A stretch of DNA of 64,000 nucleotides. Source: Candidatus Moraniibacteriota bacterium. Lineage in GTDB: Bacteria > Patescibacteriota > Minisyncoccia > Moranbacterales > UBA2206. Each line of letters begins with the position of its first letter. Position 1 is the stretch's first letter. A program made the position numbers and the translations under genes. The stretch spans positions 64,620 to 128,619 of the forward strand of contig JBAQUL010000026.1 in NCBI GenBank assembly GCA_049297495.1, written 5' to 3'. Positions 29,701 to 38,509 of the stretch are shown piece by piece. A model generated the notes under the pieces. It was not told the origin of the DNA. It saw only the letters and a program-made list of their open reading frames with translations, and did not search any database.

Positions 29701-31957
29701 TCTCAGCTCCCCCTGCGCCTAATGCATTATTAATTCTCACACTATTTGTCGCGCCAGCTTGAATCGTTGTGCTAGCATTACCAACTTTTCCATTATCACT
29801 AGTAGCTGTCAGAGTATAAGTCCCAATAAGCCCCGTGTATTTTAATTTTCCAGCTAGATTTGCAGTTCCACCAACAAAATCACTAGAAAGATCCAGCACT
29901 GGTGTGCCGCTGTCCTGAACTGTCATAATTCCGCTGCCACTCACTGAAAATAGCACCCCTTGACCAACGGTCGATGCATCATAATCGATAACCACATTGC
30001 CATACACATCTTGAGCAGTCACATTAGCAGTGACAAAATAAGTATCATTGATTTGAGGAGAATTTATGCTCATTCCAAATTTAGCAAAAACACCAGGACC
30101 AAAACTAACTGCATCACTCAATGAATTTGCCGATCCACTAACTGCCCTAAATTGCCGACTGCCAGACAGCCCTCCATATTTTAACTTGCCAGATAAATCA
30201 CAAACACCATTTGTAAAATTACCGACTTGATTGAGGACATTATTATTTCCCGATCCCAGCCCACTTACTATTCCCGCCGCAACCGATTCGGTGATAGTCA
30301 CATTATGCACCGAAGCGTCAAAGTCAGTGACAACATTTCCGTCAGCGTCCTTGACCGTTAAAGTATCCACCCCTGAAAAAGCAGCGTCCATAACTTGAGG
30401 AGAAGTCAATGAGAAATCAAACGAAGCATAATCACCCGCCGAAATATTCACCACTCCGCTTGTTGTGGTTTTTGCATCAGCAGATGTGGCTGTAAAATTA
30501 TAGTTTCCGATAATTCCAGAAAAAATTAGTTTTGCTGTTAAGTTTGCAACACCATTAGAAAAATCGGCATCAAGATTGAGCTTATTCACGCCAGACAATC
30601 CACTGACAGCTCCATTGGCTGGAGCAACGGTGAACGTCACATTATTAGTCGCTGCCTGAAAATCAGTTTTAACGTTTCCAAATGCATCATAAGCAGTGAG
30701 CGTATTGGTTCCAGTAAAAGTTTTTCGATTCTGCTGAGTTGCTGCTAAGGTCAAATTTAAACTGCCAAAAACACCAGGACCAACTGCCACCACTTGAGTT
30801 CCGTCTGTAAGCGCGGGCGAAACTGGTGCAGTCTGGTGAGCGGTCATCATCCAGGTGGGAGAGGATATTTTTTCGTCATAATAGCAAAATTGAACCGATG
30901 AATTGCCAGTTGCCACAACAAATTCAGTAATTTCCGTACTAGTACAAACACCGCCAGAAACACTATAGAATTTCTTATTGACCCCACTAGAATCTGATGA
31001 AAGCGCCACAGTCGTATCAGCCTTCACCGCTTGAACATTTCCCGCCACGTCACGAGTTTCCACTGTGATTACTGCAGATTTATTGCCTGCCGCTATAGTT
31101 CTTTGCGGCGAAGAAAAAACTAAACGAGTTGGATCGCTTGAAGCATTTGCCACAGCTGACGACGGACCTTGCGCACTAGATTCAAAGTAGTTGGGCGTAT
31201 GCACTGTCCAAGTAAAAAGCACTGACAACTTATATGTATAACTATGACCAGATTGCACTGTCGTGTCCGCGTAAGTCACAGCTCCACCGGCATTTTGTGT
31301 CGCAAGTGCTGCTAATTTTTGATAAGCGCCACTATTATCACTACGATAAACCCCATAACCAGTTATCGTATTATGTGCCGTTCCACCTGCCGCGCCAGTA
31401 TCGTTATTCCAAAGACCAGTCCACTGCAAGTCTACTGCCGCAACTGTCGCGCTAGTAATTGAAGGAGTGGGAATCGGTTCCATCACAATAGCGGATAAGC
31501 CATAATGCAGACCAGAATTCCAAATATCATCTTGAGTAATCTGCCTTTGCCCAGAAGCTCCAACCCAAGAAACTTCAGACCAACCATTAAGCCCACTATA
31601 TGTTTCCGCCACAGTCACCGCCGTATCACCAACTGTAATCGAAGGCGACCAAGAAGAGCTTCCCACGTCCCAATTGAAATAAGCCGCTATTCCAGCGCCA
31701 TCAGCCGGATAAATCTGATCAATATCTGGAGTATCAGAACGAGAAAAATTATTATTAATATTTAAACGATAACCGGTCACAACCGCCTTGCTATTCGGAC
31801 TATTAGCGTCTCCCGTAAGAAGACTTCCGCCACTCCGATAGGGCACATAACCGCGCAAAGAAAAAATATCCCCCGCTTTGGCGGGAGTTGCCCAAAAAAT
31901 AATCGAGAAAATGCTTAAAAAGAAAAAAGTTTTTTTTATTTTATTTTCGTATTTCAT
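26705..31957 (-). CDS. Large secreted protein (about 1750 aa) with tandem bacterial Ig-like (Big) repeats
   Basis: Signal peptide (MKYENKIKKTFFFLSIFSIIFWATPAKA). Repeated about 100-aa units (GVSFSLTSITAQDQYGNVATGYSGDKTIVYSGP...). A C-terminal Ig-like domain. The ORF-track start at 31972 overlaps the upstream gene by 4 bp. The ATG at 31957 gives a canonical signal peptide. Confidence 0.8.
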   Translation of the reverse strand: MKYENKIKKTFFFLSIFSIIFWATPAKAGDIFSLRGYVPYRSGGSLLTGDANSPNSKAVVTGYRLNINNNFSRSDTPDIDQIYPADGAGIAAYFNWDVGSSSWSPSITVGDTAVTVAETYSGLNGWSEVSWVGASGQRQITQDDIWNSGLHYGLSAIVMEPIPTPSITSATVAAVDLQWTGLWNNDTGAAGGTAHNTITGYGVYRSDNSGAYQKLAALATQNAGGAVTYADTTVQSGHSYTYKLSVLFTWTVHTPNYFESSAQGPSSAVANASSDPTRLVFSSPQRTIAAGNKSAVITVETRDVAGNVQAVKADTTVALSSDSSGVNKKFYSVSGGVCTSTEITEFVVATGNSSVQFCYYDEKISSPTWMMTAHQTAPVSPALTDGTQVVAVGPGVFGSLNLTLAATQQNRKTFTGTNTLTAYDAFGNVKTDFQAATNNVTFTVAPANGAVSGLSGVNKLNLDADFSNGVANLTAKLIFSGIIGNYNFTATSADAKTTTSGVVNISAGDYASFDFSLTSPQVMDAAFSGVDTLTVKDADGNVVTDFDASVHNVTITESVAAGIVSGLGSGNNNVLNQVGNFTNGVCDLSGKLKYGGLSGSRQFRAVSGSANSLSDAVSFGPGVFAKFGMSINSPQINDTYFVTANVTAQDVYGNVVIDYDASTVGQGVLFSVSGSGIMTVQDSGTPVLDLSSDFVGGTANLAGKLKYTGLIGTYTLTATSDNGKVGNASTTIQAGATNSVRINNALGAGGAEISNVTINVDAPLNLWMAGYDVSGNFVNNATTGHWTVTGFDSGDSFAQIDVNNASTISFSPHMTPQSGVIHFDAGSGMTDVTGTITVEAGSARTFDVSAPATATTGVGFSNTQITAKDQYGNVALGYDGSKTLILTGPASGPESGAPTSSVTAIFTSGVASSIAPIVLVRAETVKITLTQGSISGQSGNVVVSAGTATHLHLVSPATVTAGVSFSLTSITAQDQYGNVATGYSGDKTIVYSGPSASALGDSPSYTTAVEFVNGVSTTALMTELFRTETATIHITEGAISGDSNDIAVQAGAAGSIEYYSGNNQIGIVNSNLANPLVVLVKDVYGNPKSGQAVTFAVTIGDGSMAPGSAVTDVDGRAQTVWRLGSMSGAGLNQGEARVAGLFGTPIVFYADGVPSVPTLLDVTAPSEVIAGVPFAITIKAIDAFGNVVTAYNGTKVVSYSGPHASPSGTAPVYSSSVDFSDGQNNAVSTTLYKAETVTLTVSSGGLSGDSLSIVVKPADTNQFNIMAPATAIVNLPFIIASLRALDLYGNVATDYSGSKTISYSGPDDSDSGTHPVYTAGVTFVGGVASTQLDTTLVKAEITQIIATDSTISGTSNNIVVSYAESFVLTYVSGNNQTGSPSTTLPQPLVAKVIDSSGNPASGKTVMFTPASGSGSVSPVSVIVGETGLASVSWTLGSSDSLETVTASVPGLASTVLYVTNAGGGGFTGTRLVFTTLTQEVAKNIASGTITVCLQNVEGNNVSADSNKAISLAANSATGKFATNFAGPWDKTSITISSGSSCANLYYQDSASGLMTITASSTEALSGLQSIYIKPDVVSASPAATSNSSSTVTENNTTNEGDHNITNKNVANNNYTIIINNFYYASPQSKQVDVNNQAATITVSGSSVPTILSPRDGSLVMDTDAGVTVSGTAMPHRTVVVSRRDGQEIGSTTSDKQGNWKMMIFGEKLGSSDNFLSAKVVGEDEKSAPVNFQVKDGSDLLKKLLRLFSSK

Positions 31958-31968
31958 GCAATAAGTTA

Positions 31969-33114
31969 TCATTTTTTCCGCCTCATCTTCCCCACAATCT
32001 TTTCCCGCATATCTTCCACCTTCAAAGCGGCTTCATTGACTTCTTTGGATACATTAATAAGCTCCTCTTCTACACCATCAATATCTTTTTCCAATCCCTC
32101 TTCGGATGAAATCTCATCAAAATTTTTCTGTTTCCTTTTTTTATTTATTTCCAGGCGATCTCGTTTAAGATTTTCCACCTTCCGCATTGACGCATTCACC
32201 TCTTTCGCCACATCAATCAGCTCCTTTTCAACGTCTAATGCTTCTGAATTCAAATCAATTAAACTCTGATTTGTTGACGATTCTTCTTGCGGCGCATCAA
32301 CCTCCTTATAATCAATGATTCTTAGTGTTTGCTCGTTACCCGAATTATCACCCTTGAAAGAATTTTGATCAGAATAAAGATTATTTTTTTCCGCTGCAAC
32401 CCTGAAGGAAATTCTTCTTTTTCTCAAAAAGAAGAAATAGCCAAGCGCTATTGAGATGCCTATACCAAAAACAATGCTGAACCATACACTGCTAATCAGA
32501 TACCAATGACTTGCACCGTCAGAATCGACTATTGTAAAAAACACCCGATTACTTTGTATTGTTCCTAATTTGGCATCAGCAAATGAAGCTGTTGCCGAAT
32601 ATTCTCCCGGCACAAACTGAAATTGAGGGATAAAAACCCATTCACCATTCTTATCCGCTGTTGCATTGCCATTGAGCCTTGAACTCGATTGATGCTGATA
32701 AAATTTTCTATTAATATCTTCATCAGTCACAACCACATCAACAATCACTCCGGGAGAAGTTTTCCCAGAAAATTTCACGCCCGTATTGACCACAGCCTCC
32801 CTGGAGCGAGGGAACTCAAAACTAATCACTGACTTATCATTGTCTTTTATATTGACTTTCTCCTCATTCAACGTTGGATCGATAATGGACGGAGCAGTTG
32901 AAGCAGCATTATCCTCAACCGTATATTCATTATTAGTAACATTAACTTTCCCTTCCGAATCATTTTCTATGGCACTTTCGATAATACTTTTAACATCTTG
33001 TGGTGTCGCATCAATTGCCAAAACAGTTTTGGAATAAAATAAAAATCCCATCACGAATAGGATAGAAAGCAAATAGCCCAAATTTAAAACAAAAAATTTA
33101 ATTTTATATTTCAT
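31969..33114 (-). CDS. Type I membrane protein: signal peptide, Ig-like ectodomain, TM helix, cytoplasmic coiled-coil with internal repeat
   Basis: N-terminal signal/TM segment (FFVLNLGYLLSILFVMGFLFY). A second TM (WYLISSVWFSIVFGIGISIALGYFFFL). The C-terminal repeat (IDVAKEVNASMRKVENLK and INVSKEVNEAALKVEDMR) occurs twice. Confidence 0.6.
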   Translation of the reverse strand: MKYKIKFFVLNLGYLLSILFVMGFLFYSKTVLAIDATPQDVKSIIESAIENDSEGKVNVTNNEYTVEDNAASTAPSIIDPTLNEEKVNIKDNDKSVISFEFPRSREAVVNTGVKFSGKTSPGVIVDVVVTDEDINRKFYQHQSSSRLNGNATADKNGEWVFIPQFQFVPGEYSATASFADAKLGTIQSNRVFFTIVDSDGASHWYLISSVWFSIVFGIGISIALGYFFFLRKRRISFRVAAEKNNLYSDQNSFKGDNSGNEQTLRIIDYKEVDAPQEESSTNQSLIDLNSEALDVEKELIDVAKEVNASMRKVENLKRDRLEINKKRKQKNFDEISSEEGLEKDIDGVEEELINVSKEVNEAALKVEDMREKIVGKMRRKK

Positions 33115-33225
33115 AAAAAAACGAGGAATCGACACCTCGGGAAAGGTTGCTATTATTCGCAACTAGAGGATAACCTTTCCATCGCTAGTATCATATCAGG
33201 GAATCAGTAAATATGAAAGGCTGCA

Positions 33226-33266
33226 AATAAAAAACACTTCGACGTAAATTCGAAGTGTTTTTTTGA
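33226..33266. terminator. Bidirectional rho-independent terminator between the beta-helix gene and the next gene
   Basis: AAAAAA-ACACTTCG-ACGTAAAT-TCGAAGTGT-TTTTTTT. Confidence 0.65.
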
Positions 33267-33279
33267 TCTACCATGATTG

Positions 33280-36200
33280 CTAAAATATAAGATACGAAAT
33301 TGTGCCAGTCTTGGTCCCAGTTTTCAAATCAACCGCATACCAATTATACCAACCAGCTATTTTACGAATTTTGTAATCTACCAAGAAATTTCCACTAGCG
33401 TCCGTTTTAACCTGAACTGGGGCATAGTAGCCACCCCAAGCACCAGAAAAATAGAGCGCAACATCACTATTGGGAGAAAATTTCTCTCCTGATTGATGCA
33501 TAATTTCTCCCTTATGCCCTCTTTTGGGCAGGTTGAAAATTGAATACGGCGCAGGTTCAAACGTAACCTCTTTTTTGTAGGTATCGGAAGTATTGCCATT
33601 TTTATCTTTAAATTTGAAAAAGAATTGTTGTTCATCCCTTTCTTTCTGGCTAATTTTGAGTTCAATATCTTTTTCCATCTTATTCCAGTCCGCTTTTTCA
33701 AAATGAGAAAAATGCGATACCTTGTAGCGCTTGATACCTGAGATATTTTTAAACTTCAAAGTCACTTCCTTTTTTGATGTTTTTTCATGCTTAACATCCT
33801 TCTCGCTAAAAACAAGCTTAAGATCATCAAAATAATCCTCAGTGTCAGGAGCTGGCGTGGGAGTCGGAGTAGGAGTTGGCGACGTTGATATATTCACACT
33901 CACCACATAAGCTTTCGTCGAATTATCTTGCGCGGTAACCGTATATGTGACAGGCAAAGTAAAATCTCGTGCCACGCCCGAAGCAGGACTGACAGACGCA
34001 CCGCTGTGAATAATTGTGGGAACCAGCGCAGTCACATCAGTGCCAAAGGGAACCGTAATTGTGATAGTCTGAGCACCATTGTCTATTGTGCCATGCACAG
34101 CCGGATTAAGATTATCAAACGAAAAACTTGTAATATCCTTACTCGTTGGAGAAGGTGCACTAGCCACTGTCACAGTTATGACATACACCTGTGTCGAAGC
34201 ATCAGCCGCCGTAACAGTGTAGTTGACCGGATTGGTAAAGTTTTGCGCCACACCACTCGCGGGACTGACGGATGTTCCAGTAATCGTGATTGTCGGAACC
34301 AGCACAGTCACATCAGTGCCAACTGGCATGGTAAGCGAAATAGTACGCGCACTCTCGCTGATTGAGGTTGCACCAACTTGACCAGGCACAGTAAAGGCAG
34401 TAATCGCTTTCAGCGATGAAGGATTAGGCGCAACCGTCACGGTCACAACATAAGCCTGGGTTGAAGCATCCGCAGCAGTCACGAGATATGTCAATGGATC
34501 CGTGAAATCATTTGGTGTTGTACCGCTAATTTGAACAATTCCATTCACTGAAACTGAAGTGCCTGTAGCAGTAAAAGAAGCAACTAAAGCAGTAGTTGCA
34601 GTGCCGTGAGGCATGGTTAGTGCAATTGTATGTGCACTTTGATTAATTGTAGTTGATCCGATTTGGCTAGGAATAGTAAAAGTGGTAATTGATTTAGTTG
34701 AACTAACCAAACCTTGATATTCAAAAGCTCCCATATCCACCTGACCAACAATTGATTCTCCATCATAATCAGTCGTAAAAAGACTGGTCGATTCTCCGAC
34801 ATTTATACATGGCGAACTTCCCCCTAGATGATAGTCGTGGTTACCTCTATTTTTAAACAAAGGGTCTCCTGTGACAGAATGCGACCCCTCAGTAACATTA
34901 ACAAAGTTGGTTCCGTTACTGTGAACAGCATTATAGTCATTATCGATTGGCGTACTGGTATCATTCCAAAGAATCGTGTTAACAATTCCGTAGGAAGCAT
35001 TAAAAGCCACGATATTATTTCTCAACTTAATATTCTCTCCACTTCCTGCCTTAGCGATACCAACCACATTGTCCGCAACAACATTGTTATAGATATTCAA
35101 ATCATGCGGAGAATCAAGCCCGGGAGGATGGCTTTCGCTTGGACTTTTGTCATAATACGCACTGATACCTTCCGTATTGCCATAAACGATATTCTGATAC
35201 ACATCGATATCATATACGCCTTGAGTAAAAGCAATACCGGTAGAATTTGCCCCGTAATCACTACCTAATGGACTAAAGTTATGGATATCATCATGTCCAT
35301 AGATCGTATTTCTCCGCGCAATGCAATCATGCGATACAGTTGACCCCGTTCCACCGCCCCAGTCAAAATACAGTCCATTCCCCTCCCAGCGCGTATTAGT
35401 ATGATTATTGTAAATCGTATTGTCCTCCACAACCAAACCAACACAACCAGCAATCCAAACTCCACCGATTGGCGCCTTATATGAATTATCATGGACGCGA
35501 GAATTTTTAATCACACTCTTTGTTTGCCCACTGTCATCAATGTTCCCAAAAGAAATTCCGCCACCATCAACTTCATAAATATCCAAATTATCAATCGTCA
35601 CGCTGTGCCCCGTAATTCGATAATCTTCCGACGTCAAAAGAATTCCAGCGTTAATCTGACCAGTTCCCTTTAAATTATAAATCGAGCCATCTTTGATTGT
35701 GATATTATATGGCTTCCCAGTCACACCGCCCACGCCCCAATAAAAACTTATTCCATGATAAAAAGCATAGAGCGGATTAAAATCATGCAAGTTAAAGTTT
35801 TTAATTTCAATATTATAAACATCACTTGACCCAGTGTTATACCAAAAAATTCCGGAATAGTTCATTCCCGATATATCAATATTGCTGATCGAAATATCAT
35901 GTGGCCCATTCCAAAGACCGACTCCGCCATAGCTATCCATCAAAGTCACATCGGACATGTCAATATGATGCGCCAGATCTGAAAGACCGATGCAATAGGC
36001 GTTATTCGCAGTAAAGTTTCGAAAAGTAAGAGCAGTGATATTTAAATAACTTTTTCCTCCCGCATATATCCCAAAATTTTGCGTCCCGCCGCCATCAAGG
36101 ATTGGATCGCTACCACTGCCATAAGCACCAAAACTAATCGGGTTACCAGCCGCGCCAGAATTGGGAACTGTCAAGGTCTCTCCATTCCAAACGCTACCTT

Positions 36201-36411
36201 TTTTAAAAAGAATATTATCGCCAGCCAAAAAATTGGACGTGTTAATCTTTTCAATTGTTTTCCAGGGTTGAGTAGAGTCTGTTCCGACATTAGCGTCATC
36301 TCCTAGGGAAGAATCAACATAATAATTGGCAGCAAAGGCATTTTTTCCAAACAGAAAACAACTCAGAAATGCCGCTAAGATAATTAATTTATTTAATCTT
36401 ATTTTAAACAT
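33280..36411 (-). CDS. Secreted right-handed parallel beta-helix (pectate-lyase-fold) protein with three about 90-aa C-terminal repeats and a PT-linker
   Basis: Signal peptide (MFKIRLNKLIILAAFLSCFLFGKNAFA). N-terminal motif (NYYVDSSLGDDANVGTDSTQPWKTIEKIN). Many beta-helix rungs (NxxxG/NIxIxNN). Three repeats (TAFTVPGQVGATSISESARTISLTMPVGTDVT...). A PTPTPTPTPAPD linker. Confidence 0.75.
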   Translation of the reverse strand: MFKIRLNKLIILAAFLSCFLFGKNAFAANYYVDSSLGDDANVGTDSTQPWKTIEKINTSNFLAGDNILFKKGSVWNGETLTVPNSGAAGNPISFGAYGSGSDPILDGGGTQNFGIYAGGKSYLNITALTFRNFTANNAYCIGLSDLAHHIDMSDVTLMDSYGGVGLWNGPHDISISNIDISGMNYSGIFWYNTGSSDVYNIEIKNFNLHDFNPLYAFYHGISFYWGVGGVTGKPYNITIKDGSIYNLKGTGQINAGILLTSEDYRITGHSVTIDNLDIYEVDGGGISFGNIDDSGQTKSVIKNSRVHDNSYKAPIGGVWIAGCVGLVVEDNTIYNNHTNTRWEGNGLYFDWGGGTGSTVSHDCIARRNTIYGHDDIHNFSPLGSDYGANSTGIAFTQGVYDIDVYQNIVYGNTEGISAYYDKSPSESHPPGLDSPHDLNIYNNVVADNVVGIAKAGSGENIKLRNNIVAFNASYGIVNTILWNDTSTPIDNDYNAVHSNGTNFVNVTEGSHSVTGDPLFKNRGNHDYHLGGSSPCINVGESTSLFTTDYDGESIVGQVDMGAFEYQGLVSSTKSITTFTIPSQIGSTTINQSAHTIALTMPHGTATTALVASFTATGTSVSVNGIVQISGTTPNDFTDPLTYLVTAADASTQAYVVTVTVAPNPSSLKAITAFTVPGQVGATSISESARTISLTMPVGTDVTVLVPTITITGTSVSPASGVAQNFTNPVNYTVTAADASTQVYVITVTVASAPSPTSKDITSFSFDNLNPAVHGTIDNGAQTITITVPFGTDVTALVPTIIHSGASVSPASGVARDFTLPVTYTVTAQDNSTKAYVVSVNISTSPTPTPTPTPAPDTEDYFDDLKLVFSEKDVKHEKTSKKEVTLKFKNISGIKRYKVSHFSHFEKADWNKMEKDIELKISQKERDEQQFFFKFKDKNGNTSDTYKKEVTFEPAPYSIFNLPKRGHKGEIMHQSGEKFSPNSDVALYFSGAWGGYYAPVQVKTDASGNFLVDYKIRKIAGWYNWYAVDLKTGTKTGTISYLIF

Positions 36412-36574
36412 ACCAATATTCCCCTTATTTGAGCTATTTACTGCGCCGCTAAATGAAGTCAGCGACCAAAAAGCATAGCACAACTGCGAAATTTGTCAAG
36501 GGCGAAAGGCACATAAAAAGGCCCTTGAAATGAATAATTCCAAGGACCTCACTTTTCCAATACGTAACGGCACA

Positions 36575-37021
36575 CTATGATGAATAGCTGCGCCGAAAAT
36601 TTTCTATGGGCTTGCCCTTTATGAACCTTAGGACACCCCCGGGACAAACTACAGCAAAAACTGCGCAAGCCAAGATAAACGATACTCCCACAGCAGCGCA
36701 TACGATACCGTTGATGAGATATATAATCATTGACTTGCAAAAAAATCCCAGTTTGCGACATTGCTCCGGATATGTTCTTCGGAGAGCCCTGATAACAATC
36801 ATAGGTTTGAAAAGTACCACAATGACACCAGTAAAGACCGATGACACCGCAACACCAACAAACACAAAATAGTTTATCAGGAATACCACCACCGCCTTCA
36901 GCGAAGAATGATTCAATCGCACCGGCGTTTCTCCTCCATGAGAGAAGTAAATAGTGGCTACATAGGCCAAAAAACTGACAGCGATAGACACTGTCACTGT
37001 ATTTTCCCAAAAATATTCCAT
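36575..37021 (-). CDS. Hypothetical small integral membrane protein (about 4 TM helices)
   Basis: Hydrophobic helices (VTVSIAVSFLAYVATIYF, AVVVFLINYFVFVGVAVSSVFTGVIVVLF, IIYLINGIVCAAVGVSFILACAVFAVV). It was preferred over the overlapping Cys-rich frame 36549-37010. Confidence 0.4.
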   Translation of the reverse strand: MEYFWENTVTVSIAVSFLAYVATIYFSHGGETPVRLNHSSLKAVVVFLINYFVFVGVAVSSVFTGVIVVLFKPMIVIRALRRTYPEQCRKLGFFCKSMIIYLINGIVCAAVGVSFILACAVFAVVCPGGVLRFIKGKPIENFRRSYSS

Positions 37022-37173
37022 AATACCTCCTGACAATCCCCCTTACTGAAATATCGGCAATATTGCCACAATCGCATTGATATAAAAAATTGGTAAAAAG
37101 CTAATATAATATATTAGCATATAATTATACCTTTGTCAAATTCGGGAATGCAAATTCTATTCTGAAATGCAAA

Positions 37174-37208
37174 CAAAAAACCCGAGGTCTCTCACTGAGA
37201 GTCCTCGG
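37174..37208 (-). terminator. Strong rho-independent terminator downstream of ricin-lectin gene
   Basis: A 29-nt near-perfect palindrome (CCCGAGGTCTCTCA-C-TGAGAGTCCTCGGG) preceded by A6 on the plus strand, which is T6 on the minus strand. Confidence 0.7.
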
Positions 37209-37259
37209 GTCAATACAAACTAACTATCTACGGCACACCAAGCGCTCTGATTCGAACTC

Positions 37260-37706
37260 TTAGAGACGAATCATCCGCCACGTTTGATTGGCCTGATCTG
37301 TGTGGTGCCATATCACAATAGGTGCATGATAGTCTTTCCGCCACGAGCCGACATCGATGGCCAAGTGCATGTTAACTTTCGATATAAGGTGCACGCCATC
37401 TATTGTTTTTGACCGTCGGATTTTCCAAAGCTGGTTATCTCCCAAATGACGGCCAAACTGATACACAGTTCCACTGGGCCTACCGCAAGTAGAATCATCC
37501 AACACCTTAAAAGATTTCTTATTAACTATCTCATAGAAACCGCCCTCCCTCGGCACGAACATCCAATCCTGATGACTCGCATCGGGGTGCATCTTTTCTA
37601 TGCACACACGGGAACGATCCTCATGCCGACCATGAGCAACAGCTAAAACAATATTGCTGTCGCAATGCATCGGAGACAACTTGAAATACTGTACTAGTCT
37701 AGTCAT
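37260..37706 (-). CDS. Ricin-B (beta-trefoil) lectin single-domain protein
   Basis: QxW repeats (DNQLWKI, ANQTWRM). Length about 148 aa. GC content is locally higher than the flanks. Confidence 0.55.
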   Translation of the reverse strand: MTRLVQYFKLSPMHCDSNIVLAVAHGRHEDRSRVCIEKMHPDASHQDWMFVPREGGFYEIVNKKSFKVLDDSTCGRPSGTVYQFGRHLGDNQLWKIRRSKTIDGVHLISKVNMHLAIDVGSWRKDYHAPIVIWHHTDQANQTWRMIRL

Positions 37707-38152
37707 AATAATTCTCCTTTCAAAGTACGTGGCTTGTCACGGATAATCCGCTGAAAAACGAGAAGTTTTTCTCACTCTTCAAGGCCATGCCTTCCGAGCA
37801 AAGCTTTCCAGAAATTAGCTCACTTAAGCCACTTTTTGGAAAGATTTCCTAATAAATCCTACGATCAAGTCGCTATTTCAACTACGCTAGCTCCTTGAGT
37901 CACCTTTAAATTCAGGCATATGTCCATGACCACTTAATATAACAGTCTGGCAGCTATAGATATCTTTGTCAAGCCCGCATTCTCATTGGTAGTTTGACAG
38001 AAAATCCAGAATACATTAGGATTTTGAGATACAGTTCTTTTACGCAAACAACTACCACTCGTTGCAATTTATTGTTTAGAGCGTCTTTTGTACAATAGTC
38101 GATGTTTGGATTAGCTTACGCAAAATAACTTCTTCGAACAATTATCTAGATT

Positions 38153-38160
38153 CTAGGAGG
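38153..38160 (+). promoter_or_regulatory. Shine-Dalgarno TAGGAGGT upstream of small basic protein gene
   Basis: AGGAGG lies 6 nt before ATG 38165. Confidence 0.6.
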
Positions 38161-38164
38161 TAAC

Positions 38165-38392
38165 ATGAGAAAAAGCGATCGGGAAAAAATTATTCGCCTT
38201 GGAAAGGCTAAGCGGAAACTTTCCAAAAAAGCCAGAGCTCTTGAAAAAAGTATCCGCCAAGGTCAAGGCACAACTCGTAATTACACAACCAAAAACACTG
38301 CTGCCAATCAAAGTGAGTTGGCCAAAACCCAAAATAAACTCAAAAGTATCCGCCGAGCGAAAAGAAAAATCCATCGTCGCAACAGCTTTTAA
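38165..38392 (+). CDS. Small highly basic protein (75 aa, K/R-rich), unknown function
   Basis: It has a strong Shine-Dalgarno sequence and a downstream terminator. No family was recognised. It is one of the few plus-strand genes. Confidence 0.5.
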   Translation: MRKSDREKIIRLGKAKRKLSKKARALEKSIRQGQGTTRNYTTKNTAANQSELAKTQNKLKSIRRAKRKIHRRNSF

Positions 38393-38430
38393 TCGAATGC
38401 TTCAGAACAAATATATCCTTATGCTTCCAG

Positions 38431-38465
38431 CCGGACACAAAACTCGTGTCCGGTTTTATATTTTC
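38431..38465 (+). terminator. Rho-independent terminator
   Basis: CCGGACAC-aaaactc-GTGTCCGG followed by TTTTATATTTTC. Confidence 0.65.
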
Positions 38466-38509
38466 AAAAAAATCAAAAACACCCATAACAATCCCAGCTA
38501 TGGCTCATT

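Noticed and set aside
26705-31972. Diversity-generating retroelement targeting the giant surface proteins
   Set aside because: There is no reverse transcriptase gene and no template/variable repeat pair with adenine-specific mismatches in the window.
36549-37010. Second 153-aa ORF in an alternative frame on the same strand (Cys-rich, CWCCGVIGLYWCHC)
   Set aside because: The hydrophobic multi-helix frame (36575-37021) is the more protein-like reading. The Cys-rich frame is probably a frame artefact, though the locus remains uncertain.
37243-37262. GATTCGAAC T-loop-like sequence suggesting a tRNA
   Set aside because: The flanking bases cannot form a T-stem or acceptor stem, and it lies inside the ricin-lectin CDS. 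No tRNA was found elsewhere in the window either.
37260-37706. Horizontal transfer of the ricin-lectin gene based on elevated GC
   Set aside because: GC is also elevated in the pur, pyr and DHODH genes, so compositional heterogeneity is general here. This is kept only as a weak hint.
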